NCBI RefSeq assembly: GCF_006345805.1
Contig: NC_043013.1
Coordinates: 9,114,001 to 9,178,000, forward strand
Direction: 5' to 3'
Length of the DNA: 64,000 bases
Source of the DNA: Octopus sinensis
Lineage: Eukaryota
The notes beneath the pieces were generated by a model. The model saw nothing but the letters and a program-made list of their open reading frames with translations. It was not told the DNA's origin and did not search any database. This document shows positions 11,889-24,291 of the stretch, piece after piece (positions within the stretch are counted from its first letter, which is position 1; every line of letters starts with the position of its first letter). The translations under genes and the position numbers were made by a program.

Positions 11889-13668
11889 CTGGCATGGCTG
11901 CATTTATGCGGCACCAACACGGTTGCTTTTTATGTGACACTGGCACTTGAAAGGACAAGCCTGTATGTGTAGAAGACAGCGATTCTACTTATCTTAATAC
12001 AAGTGTAAGCCTTGTGAGTGAATTTGTAAATGGAAACTGAAAGAAGCCCATTGTGTGTGTGTTTGTGTGTGTCTGTTTTTCACCCACCATCACTTGACAA
12101 CTAATGTTGGTTTCTTTACATCTTTGTATACTCTTTTACTCTTTTACATGTTTCAGTCATGTGACTGCACCCATGCTGGAGCACCGCCCTATAGTCAAGC
12201 ACATCGACCCCAGGACTTATTCTTTGTAAGCCTAGAACTTATTCTATTGGTCTCTTTTGTCAAACTGCTAAGTTATGGGGACGTAAATACACCAGTATTG
12301 GTTGTCAAGCGATGTCGGGGCGGTGGAGGAACAAACACACACACACACACACACAAAAACATATACACACACATACATATATATATATATACATATATAC
12401 GATGGGCTTCTTTCAGTTTCCGTCTACCAAATCCACTCACAAGGCTTTGGTTGACCTGAGGCTATAGTAGAAGACACTTGCCCAAGGTGCCACGCAGTGA
12501 GATTGAACCTGGAACCATGTGGTTCATAAGCAAGCTACTTACCATACGGCCACTCCTATGCCTGTATCTTAGCAGTGTGGCAAAAAAACCCACCCCCCCA
12601 AAAAAAACGATACAAAAAGTACCAGGCTTTAAAAAAAAGTACTAGTGTCAATTTGTTCGACTAAACCCTCCGTGTTGGTGCCTCAGCATGGCTGCAGTCC
12701 AATGACTAGAACAAGTAAAAGATAAAAGATTAACCCTTTAGTGTTTAAACCGGCTGTATCCAGCCCAAATATTCTACACGTTTTATGCTCAAACTGGCCA
12801 GAACATGCATCTCACACCTACCGTGCAATGTCACTCTAAAAATAAGCGAGTACATCTTTCCTATCTTGAAGCTACAAAATAATATTAGATAATTTTTTTT
12901 AAATGTGAATAAATAAGGATTACTTTTGACAAATTAATCTGAACACTAAAGGGTTAAAAGATAAAATATAGCTGTTCACTATGGAACTATGAAAACCTTT
13001 TATACACAACAAAAGGTCACTCAAAATAGTATAGTTGCAATAGAGAGGACACAGTGTTGTTGTTGTGTTTGTTATACAGAGTGTAAAAAGAAGCCTGGAG
13101 TACTCTCCAGTTAAACCATTGTGTAGGTTTCGTTTCTTTGAAGCAGTTTCACAAATACCTTTTGCTTTCATTTTTACTCAGTTTTTGAGTATGAGCTAAG
13201 CAACTGACAAAGAAAGCAGCAATTTATCTGACAAAATTTTTAATGGTTCAGCATTGAACTGGTCCAAACCAGTTCAATATTTAGATCATTTGTTTAACCT
13301 ACTTTCAATTTTCCCTCTGAATTTTTTCTCCAATTTTAGAATGTCTCTGAACTTTTATTTATTGATGACCAGTATTGATATAATTGAATTGAGCAAGTCA
13401 AATTATTCCACTGTTTTGTTTACTCTTTTACTTGTTTCAGTCATGTGACTGTGCCCATGCTGGAGCACTGCCTTTAGTCAAGCAAATCGACCCCAGGAGT
13501 TATTCTTTGTAAGCCTAGTACTTATGCTATCTGTTTCTTTTGCCAAACTGCTAAGTTACGGAGATGTAAACACACCAGCATCGGTTGTCAAGCAGATGAC
13601 ACACAAACATATACTCACACACACATACATACATACATACATACATACATACATTCATACATACATAC

Positions 13669-13705
<37 letters not shown>

Positions 13706-14103
13706 CGACAGGCTTCTTTCAGTTTCCGCCTACCAAATCCACTCACAAGGTTTTGATTGGCCCAAGGCTATAGGAGAAGACACTTGCCCAAGGTGCCATG
13801 CAGTGGGACTGAACCTGGAACGATGTTGCTGGTAAGCAAGTTACTTACCACACAGCCACTCCTGCGCCTTTTAAAATTATTTAGTGTGTGAATCATTCAG
13901 TGGCTCAGTGGTTAGAGCATTGGACTCACAATCGTGAGGTAGTGAGTTTGATTCCCGGACCAGGCTATGTGTTGTGTTAAGACACTTTATTTCAGATTGC
14001 TCCAGTTCACTCACCTGTAGAAATGAAATGCGATGTCACTGGTGCCAAGCTGCATCAGCCTTTGTTGTTCCCTTGGATAACATCGGTGGCGTGGAGAGTG
14101 GAG

Positions 14104-15883
14104 GCTGGTATGCATGGGTGACTGCTGGTCTTCCACAAACAACCGCGCCTGGACTTCTGTCTTGGTGGGTAACTTTCTAAATGCAACACCATGGTCATTC
14201 ATGATTGAAGGCGCTCTTTACCCTTTACCCTAGTGTGTGTGAACTCTGGCTTACAATGATCAACAATGGCCTTGTCATTCAAATACTCACAACTTATACA
14301 TTTATTTGTTACTTTGGCTGTTTCCATTTGATTGACTAGTGGCACTCTGTGATTGCTATGCAGGTCATGCATTCCTTTTGCAATCAGTTGATTCACAGTG
14401 ATTATGTATATATGTATATATATTATATTATACTCTTTTACTTGTTTCAGTCATTTGACTGCGGCCATGCTGGAGCACCGCCTTTAATCGAGCAACTCAA
14501 CCCCGGGACTTATTCTTTTGTAAGCCCAGTACTTATTCTATCGGTCTCTTTTGCCGAACCGCTAAGTAACGGGGACATAAACACACCAGCATCGGTTGTC
14601 AAGCAATGCTAGGGGAACAAACACAGACACACAAACACACACACGCATATATATATATATACGACGGGCTTCTTTCAGTTTCCGTCTACCAAATCCACTC
14701 ACAAGGCTTTGGTCGGCCCGAGGCTATAGTAGAAGACACTTGCCCAAGGTGCCACGCAGTGAGACTGAACCCGGAACCATGTGGTTGGTAAACAAGCTAC
14801 TTACCACACAGGCACTCCTGCGCCTATTATGTATATATTATATATATAATGCATATGTGTATATATATTATATTATATATACTACAAAATTAGAAAATGG
14901 AGAAACATACTTAAATCAATAAAACATCAACTATCAGATGATACCCAATCAATACTTTATTACACCATTACATATCAGTAAAGGCATTATACAAAGTATA
15001 AAGTAAATATAAATAGACAAGGAAATAGAAATATAAAATATAAAATATAATGTGTAATTATCTCATATCTGACAGCTGTTTCGGCAGTAAGGGCAGTCAT
15101 ACCGCATTTAACCTATAAGCCATAAAGGCAGGTATAAATGAGGCATTAACAAGGATGCCCCACGGCCTCTTCAGAGAATTTAATTTGTTATAATTGTGAA
15201 AAAAATTATTTTTCCATATACATATAAATATAAAAATATAAAAATGTAAAATATAAAAACTTGTGCATAAACTCCATAATGCTACACATATATATAATAC
15301 ACATTGGTACAATAATGCAAGGTAAACAAAACAAAATAAAACAAAATATATATCAGTGTATATATTAATATTAATAAGCACAGTTATTATACATATTTAG
15401 CTAATAGTTCCAAAAACTAACGCATAGGGAGATGTATGCGCACTACTATTTAAATTAAAATCATCCCTATACCTGAAAATAATAATAAAAAAACCATAGT
15501 TCAGTTCATAAAATTATAAACCTATAAAAGTCAATATAAATTACTATTAATATTAATAATAATAATAATAATAGATACAGTTAAGTTAGCACCAAGTACA
15601 TCCATTCAAAATCGAAATAACTATGAGTTTAGTTATCCTGTCCGCTTGATATTGATTATTCTAGATTAATTCTATATATAAGTATATGTATAAGTTGTGA
15701 GTATTTGAATGACAAGGCCATTGTTGATCATTGTAAGCCAGAGTTCACACACACTAGGGTAAAGGGTAAAGAGCGCCTTCAATCATGAATGACCATGGTG
15801 TTGCATTTAGAAAGTTACCCACCAAGACAGAAGTCCAGGCGCGGTTGTTTGTGGAAGACCAGCACTCACCCATGCATACCAGC
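14104..15883. repeat. 198-bp inverted duplication (14104-14301 vs 15686-15883), 1 mismatch
   Basis: Base-by-base comparison; covers SINE D 3' sequence plus about 70 bp of non-SINE flank. Confidence 0.95.
15068..15177 (-). ncRNA. Type I hammerhead ribozyme motif 1 (Penelope-like context)
   Basis: UCU-CUGAAGA-[stem II ~11 bp, large internal insert]-GAAA-CAGCUGUC^AGA. Palindromic stem III ACAGCUGU, GUC triplet, 3-bp stem I. Confidence 0.75.
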
Positions 15884-17463
15884 AGAAACTCTATAAGATG
15901 TACCCAGTGTAAGCTATGGACACATAAGAGGTGCAGCAATGTCAAAGGTAGGCTAACTGGGAAGATAGTTTTTGTATGTGGCAGATGCTCGGGAGCATTA
16001 ACCTCCGAAAATCTGCAGAAAACAACTTCCGTCACTTTCCAGGGGGGAAAAACTAGAAGTAGTTGATAGCTTCCGTTATCTAGGTGACCAAGTCAGTAGT
16101 GGGGGTGGGTGCGCTGAAAGTGTAACTGCTAGAATAAGAATAGCCTGGGCAAAGTTTAGGGAGCTCTTACCTCTGCTGGTGACTAAAGGCCTCTCGCTCA
16201 GAGTAAAAGGCAGACTGTATGATGCGTGTGTACGAACAGCCATGCTACATGGCAGCGAAACATGGGCCGTGACTGCTGAGGACATGCGTAAGCTCGTGAG
16301 GAATGAAGCCAGTATGCTCCGATGGATGTGTAATGTCAGTGTACATACTCGACAGAGCGTTAGCACCTTGAGAGAAATGCTGTACCTAAGAAGCATCAGT
16401 TGTGGTGTGCAAGAGAGACGATTGCGCTGGTATGGTCATGTGGCGAGAATGGATGAAGATAGGTGTGTGAGAAAGTGCCAATCCCTAGCAGTTGAGGGAA
16501 CCCGTGGAAGAGGTAGACCCAGGAAAACCTGGGACGAGGTGGTGAAGCACGACCTTCGAACTTTAGGCCTCACTGAGGAAATGACCAGAGACCGAGACCT
16601 TTGGAAATATTCTGTACGTGAGAAGACCAGGCAGGACAAGTGAGCCCAGCCCACTTATGAATGCCTTTCCTCCCTTGGACACAAAGACCGGTTGAGGCAA
16701 GCGAAGTCGATATAGAACCTCATCCGACGACAGACACCCATACCAACCCCCCATGCTTGCGAAGACATGTTGGGGCAAGCGAAATCGAAATCGAAACCGA
16801 ATTGAACCAGCCAGGATCCCTGCCTGGTGGTATGTAAAAAGCACTATCCGACTCGTGGCCGTGGCACGTAAAATACTCCAATGCGACCGTACGACAGGCA
16901 CCCATGCCAACCCCTTTGCTTGTGAGACATGTTGGGGCAAGCGAAATCGAAATCGAATTGAACCAGCCAGGATCCCTGGTCTGGTGGTACGTAAAAAGCA
17001 CTATCCGACTCGTGGCCGTGGCACGTAAAATACTCCAATGCGACCGTACGACAGGCACCCTTGCCAACCCCTTTGCTTGTGAAGACATGTTGGGGCAAGC
17101 GAAATCGAAATCGAATTGAACCAGCCAGGATCCCTGGTCTGGTGGTACGTAAAAAGCACTATCCGACTCGTGGCCGATGCCAGCACCGCCTCGACTGGCT
17201 TCCGTGCCGGTGGCACATAAAATACACCAATCTGACCGTGGCCGTTGCCAGCCCCGCCTGGCACCTGTGCGGGTGGCACGTAAAAAGCAACACCCCTACC
17301 TCACGGAGTGGTTGGCGTTAGGAAGGGCATCCAGCTGTAGAAACATTGCCAAATTAGACTGGAGGCCTGGTGCAGCCTCTGGCTTCCCAGAACCCCGTCA
17401 AACCGTCCAACCCATGCTAGCATGGAGAACGGACGTTAAACGACGATGATGATGATGATGATG
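15884..17463 (+). mobile_element. 5'-truncated RTE-clade LINE (RT C-terminus, 3' UTR, (GAT)n tail)
   Basis: DSFRYLG...VKGRLYDACVRTAMLHGSETW...LRWYGHVARM...GRGRPRKTW. Open apart from one extra G in the G6 run at 16042-16047; stop at 16643. Confidence 0.93.
16764..17170 (+). repeat. ~160-bp tandem repeat (about 2.5 units) in the RTE 3' UTR
   Basis: Units begin GACATGTTGGGGCAAGCGAAATCG at 16764, 16926 and 17084. Confidence 0.9.
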
Positions 17464-18429
17464 AATTCGATTGGCTTGTAGTTTGAAATTTGAATCACAA
17501 AAGAAATTTTACGGTTGGTTAGTCAAGAAACGCAAATACGCACACGCACATCCACAGATCAATCGCACATACATACATAATTATATGTATACACACACAC
17601 ATACACTTATACACATACACATCCACAAGCAACCTCTAGCATAAAGATAAATAAATAGGGGATATATAATGTATATATGTATATATACTCTTTTACTCTT
17701 TTACTTGTTTCAGTCATTTGACTGCGGCCATGCTGGAGCACCGCCTTTAGTCGAGCAAATCGACCCCGGGACTTATTCTTTGTAAGCCCAGTACTTATTC
17801 TATCAGTCTCTTTTGCCGAACCGCTAAGTGACGGGGACGTAAATACACTAGCATCAGTTGTCAAGCAATGCTAGGGGGACAAAAACAGACACACAAACAT
17901 ATACACATACATATATATATATATATATATGATACATATATACGATGGCCTTCTTTCAGTTTCCGTCTACCAAATCCACTCACAAGGCATTGGTCGGCCC
18001 GGGGCTATAGCAGAAGACACTTGCCCAAGGTGCCATGCAGAGGACTGAACCCGGAACCATGTGGTTGGTAAACAAGCTACTTACCACATTATATATATAT
18101 AATGTATATATGTATATCTGTATATATATTATATATATAATGTATATATGTATATATGTATATATGTATATATGTATATATATTATATATATGTAATGTG
18201 ATTATAAAATATAATTACATTATATTGGGAATGTAATATGTTTCTCTGAAAACCATTGTTAAATGATATGAATAGATGTTTGGTGTGTGTGTGTGTGTGT
18301 GTGCCTGTTTGTCTGTGTGCATGAAGGCATGTCATCTAGTAGTGCTATGAACAGCTTGCCTGTGTATGAATAGATATGCTTACTGTAAATAAACAAAACC
18401 TTGAATGAAATGTAGCCAGTATGCTCTGC

Positions 18430-18790
18430 TGGTTGTGCTTGTACAGCAAAGTGCAAAAGTGCTGTGAGAAAAATTGGGTATAAGAGGCATCAGATGCAGC
18501 GTGCAAAAGAGAAGACTGCACTGGTATGGTTATGTAATGCACAGGGATGAAGAGAGTCGCATCAGGAGGTGCCAATCTCGAACTGTAGAGGGAACATGTG
18601 TAAGGGGTAGATCCAGGAAGACATGGGACAAAATGGTGAGAATGGCTCTAGAGACATTGGGTCTTGCAGAGGGATGACAGAGGACTGAGGCTCCTGGCAG
18701 TTTGCTGTGCTTGAGAAGACACACCAAGCTAAGTAAAAGCATGGTTGTCCTTGCATACAGGATCATCCCCTGCATCCCCCTCTAGTTGAG
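18430..18790 (+). mobile_element. Older RTE 3' fragment
   Basis: KRRLHWYGYVMHRDEE...RGRSRKTWDKMV, homologous to 16400-16640. Weaker remnants at 30445-30540 and about 41560-41930. Confidence 0.85.
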
Positions 18791-19189
18791 CATTCTTAAT
18801 CTTGTGGAATCATGGATGGCTTTACATTAAATAAGTTTCAAAACTTAAATAAGAGCACAACAAAGAAACAAATAGAACAGTCGCACAAGTCATTGGAAAT
18901 GCTCTTTCCTATTCAGTTTATTATCGAAAAAAATCATAACAATTTCACACTTTTAATGATAATATTGTTTATTTTTGGTGGCATCAGCAGCGAATAGCTG
19001 CAGGGAATAATGAGCTGACATTGATGATAGTAAAAGAAACAAATATGACACAGGTATAAATGTAAATATACAAACAAAATAAAGGTTATGGGGCTCTGAA
19101 ACAAGATGACATGTAAAGGGCTTCTCTAAAAAAGTCTGGTCTCAGCTCAGAGCTGAAGAATACACTTTTCCAAGATGCCATGTTGCACC

Positions 19190-19221
<32 letters not shown>

Positions 19222-19249
19222 ACAGATTATATGTATATTGTTATATATA

Positions 19250-19303
<54 letters not shown>

Positions 19304-19402
19304 TATACACATATATATACACATATATATATGTATATATATGTATATTTTGATTTGATTTTTCCAGTTTCAGCTTATGAGCTGTGGCCATGCTGGGGCA
19401 CC

Positions 19403-19472
<70 letters not shown>

Positions 19473-19510
19473 ATATACACATATATATATGTATATATGT
19501 ATATATATAT

Positions 19511-19587
<77 letters not shown>

Positions 19588-19590
19588 GTG
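19190..19590. repeat. Long imperfect (TA)n microsatellite. Others: 22720-22810, 38695-38995, 50120-50190; (AAT)n 22128-22247; (GA)n 31527-31597
   Basis: Directly visible. Confidence 0.97.
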
Positions 19591-19951
19591 TGTATATACA
19601 CGGTGGCACGTAAAAAGCACCCACTACACTCACGGAGTGATTGGCATTAGGAAGGGCATCAAGCTGTAGAAACACTGCCAGATCAGACTGGAGCCTAGTT
19701 CAACCTCCTGGCTTCCCAGACCCCGGTCGAACTGTCCAACCCGTGCTAGCATGGAAACGGACGTTAAACGATGATGATGACGACGATGATATATATATAT
19801 AGGTGTGAAACTGAACCTGAAGCCATGTGGTTGGGAAGAAAATTTCGTAACAACACAACCACACCTGCTAGTGTTTTTGACCATGTAGCCATGCTTGTAC
19901 TCATTTTTAAACACAAAGCCATGCCTGCACCTATATGTATTCATGTGGAGT

Positions 19952-20335
19952 GGAAGCACTCCGTCAGTTACGACAACAAGGGTTCTGGTTGATCTGAATC
20001 AACGGAACAGCCTGCTCGTGAAATTAATGTGTAAGTGGCTGAGCACTCCACAGACACATGTACCCTTAACGCAGTTCTCGGGGATATTCAGCGTGACACA
20101 GAGAGTGACAAGGCCGGCCCTTTGAAATACAGGTACAACAGAAACAGGAAGTAAGAGTGAGAGAAAGTTGTGGTGAAAGAGTACAGCAGGGATCACCACC
20201 ATCCCCTGCCGGAGCCTCGTGGAGCTTTAGGTGTTTTCGCTCAATAAACACTCACAACGCCCGGTCTGGGAATTGATACCGCGATCCTACGACCGTGAGT
20301 CCGCTGCCCTAACCACTGAGCCATTGCGCCTCCAC
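19952..20335 (-). mobile_element. tRNA-head SINE (family E)
   Basis: Colinear with 304-685 over about 380 bp. Confidence 0.85.
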
Positions 20336-20399
20336 ATGTATGCATGTACACATTCACACATGTATGAACTTTGCAGTCCACCCTCATATATCTGTGCAA

Positions 20400-22030
20400 A
20401 CATATCAGGTAATTAAGAATGAAAAAATTTCCGATTTTCTTATGCACTAAGTTTGACACTCGCCAACTCTAATGTTTTATCCTGACAATTCTTCGTTTCA
20501 CAGCCTTGAAGAATTACATCATCACTTTTCGAAATGCAATTCATGGTGCCTGATTATATTGTGAGTTTCCTCTTCTTAATCAATTTTTGTGAACCCATGC
20601 ATAGATCAAAAATTCGTGTTGCTTATGAATATGAGTTCCATCATGGAACCAATGCATCCCTGACAGCTTGAAACATGAATGAGGTGTTTGGTGAAGATGT
20701 GGTGAATGAGTGAACTGTACATCGATGGTTTGAGAAGTTCCGGTCTGGTAACTTTACTCTTGAAAATCAGCCCCGTGGTAGACCTGAGACCAAAGTGAAC
20801 AATGATGAGCTGGAAACTGTAATGGAACCACATACATCTCAAACTACACCTGAGTTAGCAGCAAGGTTTGATGTCTTGATTCCAACTGTATTGGACCATC
20901 TGAAACAAATCAGCAAGGTAAAAAAACTGGACAGGTGGGCACCACACGAACTGAACGAGCATCAAATGACACGTCATCTTGAAACTTGCTGTTCTTTGCA
21001 GTCATGGCATAAAAGCAAACCATTTTTGCATCATATTGTTACGTGTGATGAAAAATGGATTCTTTTCAACAATAGCAAGTGTTCTGTATGGTGGCTGGAT
21101 AGAGAAGAAGTGCCAAAACACAATCCAAAAAAAGAATATTCACCAAAAAAAAGGTAGTGGTGTTCCAATGCTGGTGTCATCTACTACAGATTCATGAGCC
21201 CTGGTAAATCAATTACAACCAATTGGATGAAATGATGAGTGAACTTGCAATTAAACAACTGAGATTGGTCAATAGAGACAGAACAATTCTCGGATCTTTT
21301 TGATTTGAACGGCAGTTTTTTCTAGCAGTATCATATGAAATTGTCACCCATAATTATGACCCTAGTATCAATCTATTTTAGGGTTAAGGTTAGAGTTAGG
21401 GTTAGGGGTGGGGGGAAGGGTATATTTTTTCTTCACAAATGTAAATAAACCCAATCTGTTTCTTAAATGAGGGACATATTCATACGGCATAGAATATTTT
21501 TTACCTCAATAGACGTCAGTGACTGGTTGAAATTGCAGAAATTGAAGAAAAAAAACAACAAATATCTTACAAACTATAGAATTTTCTCAATAAAGCCAAG
21601 AGAAAAAGTTGTTTTATAAACACATTCTACCAGTATACGAAGTTTAAAATTTTTTAGTTACCTTTTCAAACCGAAAAGATCCCAATTCTTTTGCAAGACA
21701 ATGCTCGACCACTTGTTACACAATCAACGCTACTCAAGTTACAGGAACTGAACTTAGAAGTACTCTGTCATTCACCATATTCACCAGACCTTACACCAAT
21801 TGACTATCATGTTTTCCAGGGATTAGACAATTTTTTGCAAAGAAAAAACTTCAAATCTGAAGAATTACTAAAGCAGCCTTTAGTAATTCCATCACCTCTT
21901 GCTCTCCAGAATTCTTTGCTGCCAACATAAATAAACTACCGATAAAATGGCAAAACTGTGTTGATAATTTAGGTGCATACTTTGATTAACTGCATTGCTT
22001 TTTTGTTGAGATAAAGTGAAATAAAGAATT
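20400..22030 (+). mobile_element. Decayed mariner (DD34D) transposon interrupted by a MITE
   Basis: HIVTCDEKWILFNN...LLQDNARP...HSPYSPDLTPIDYHVFQGLDNFL, with stops and frameshifts. Confidence 0.9.
21292..21682. mobile_element. Non-autonomous DNA transposon, GGATC termini, 8-bp TSD (copy 1)
   Basis: TSD CAATTCTC / CAATTCTT. Removing the element and one TSD restores mariner RTILLQDNARP. Confidence 0.88.
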
Positions 22031-22124
22031 CCTTTCAACACAACAAACCACAGCACATACCCAAGGCACAAAGAGCTGTGCTTGGTAGTGTAGTGAAAGC
22101 ACATGATAAAAATAAGACTATTGA

Positions 22125-22202
<78 letters not shown>

Positions 22203-22210
22203 TAATAATA

Positions 22211-22241
<31 letters not shown>

Positions 22242-22499
22242 AATAAGTATGGAGATTTGTACATCTGCTATTTTACAGTTATATATAGCATATTACAATG
22301 ACTTACTTTATGTATACATATATTAATAGGCGTAGGAGTGGCTGTGTGGTAAGTAGCTTGCTTACCAACCACATGGCTCTGAGTTCAGTCCCACTGCGTG
22401 GCACCTTGGGCAAGTGTCTTCTACTATAGTTTCGGGCCGACCAAAGCCTTGTGAGTGGATTTGGTAGACAGAAACTGAAAGAAGCCCGTCGTATATATG

Positions 22500-22532
<33 letters not shown>

Positions 22533-22720
22533 TTGTGTTTGTACTTCAACATCACTTGACAACTAACGCTGTTGTGTTTACATCCCCATCACTTAGCGGT
22601 TCGGCCAAAGAGACCGATAGAATAAGTACTAGGCGCACAAAGAATAAGTCCTGGGGTCAATTTCTTCGACTAAAGGTGGTGCTCTAGTCAAATGACTGAA
22701 ACAAGTAAAAGTGTATATAT

Positions 22721-22800
<80 letters not shown>

Positions 22801-23747
22801 GTATGTATACGACAGACTTCTTTCAGTTTCTGTCTAGCAAATCTACTCACAAGGCTTTGGTTTGCTTGATGCTTTAGTAGAAGACACTTACCCATGGTAT
22901 CACACAGTGGAACTGAACCCAGAGCCATGTGGTTGGGAAGCAAGCTCTTTACCACATAGCCACATGTACTTATGGTTTGCTTTTGCTTGTTTGTTTGTTT
23001 GTTAATATACTAAAATGTAAAAGTGCTCTGAGCACCTTTATAGTTTCTTCATGAATGTCATGAGAGAGTAAACAGGTTAATACAGCAAACTCTGTGACCC
23101 ATGATATAAAAAGTAATTTGCTACATTTGTTTGTGTTGGGAGTTTATGTTAGTTATTTTTGCAACCACTCCTAATAACAGCTATTTTTTTAAGGAGACAC
23201 TACCACCCACACCCTTCATTACAGCCTTACACACTCACCTCTAACCACACTTTGACATCATTTATATATATATGCAGCCTTAAAAATTCCACGCCTCACT
23301 TATCATAGCTCTCACTCAATTGGGTCTGGTCTATTGTAAGCAACAACAGCAGCTACAATGACGACAACAACACCAACACAATTACTGGGCTTGGCTGTGA
23401 GGTAAGACAATTGCTTCGCAGCCATTTTGTTCTGTGTTCAGTCCTACTACATAACACCTCCTACTATTGAAGCATGACCTTCTACTATGGAGCATGACTT
23501 CGAAGTTTTTTTAGTCGAATGAATCGACCCCAGTAATAATTTTTGAAACCTGGTACTTATTCTATCGGTCTCTATTGCCAAACCGCTAAGTTACAGGGAT
23601 ATAAACACACCAACATCAATTATCAAGCAGTGATTGGGAGGGTGGGGGAGGACAAACAAACACAGACACAAAGACACATACACATAGATACATAAACACA
23701 CATGCATTTGGGAAGCAAGCTTCTTACCACACAGCCACTCTTTCACC

Positions 23748-23781
<34 letters not shown>

Positions 23782-23906
23782 ATTTACAAGATAAGGGCAG
23801 AAGAGAAATTCTAATGCCAGATACGCGGAAACAAAAAAATTGTCGATAACCATTAAAGTTATGCGTCTCGAAACAAGCCGATAGAAATCTCTAAAAAATT
23901 TGTTAT

Positions 23907-23965
23907 TACCGTATTGGTCCAATTTCGGGGTTAATTCACAAGAAATTTTCCCCTCTTCAGCAGCA
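23907..23965 (-). ncRNA. Type I hammerhead ribozyme motif 2
   Basis: UGCUG-CUGAAGA-GGGG..CCCC-GAAA-UUGGACCAAUA^CGGUA. Stem III AUUGG/CCAAU, AUA triplet, 5-bp stem I with two G-U pairs. Confidence 0.7.
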
Positions 23966-24164
23966 CATACGCGAGATATAAATGAAATACTTATTCATAC
24001 CCATGGAAGAAGCAAGCACCAAGTCCCGAGCAGACTTAATTACCCCAAATATATCCAAATAGAAAAATCTTAGGCGCACCTCGAGACAGGTGTGATTCGA
24101 ACTAGAAACTTTCACAGAGTGATAGAATCCGGAAGTGAAACACTAATCTATTTTATCCTATATC

Positions 24165-24206
<42 letters not shown>

Positions 24207-24291
24207 TGGTTAATAATCATTCAGAAGAAAGTAAGAAAATGCAAATATAGCATTTAATAGAAATTTATTATCTGCAAAAATCAAGCACAGT

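Noticed and set aside
11292-11958. Poly-Glu/Val and Gly/Trp/Arg ORFs
   Set aside because: Open in several frames because the triplet repeat lacks stops; no splice or domain evidence.
16764-17300. CRISPR-like regular repeats in RTE tails (also 58030-58400)
   Set aside because: Eukaryotic context; units repeat in full with no unique spacers; no cas genes.
19331-19669. ORFs rich in YI/HT/CV/RE dipeptides (also 38644-39007, 31341-31762 and many SINE-internal ORFs)
   Set aside because: Translations of (TA)n, (CA)n and (GA)n microsatellites or of SINE consensus sequence.
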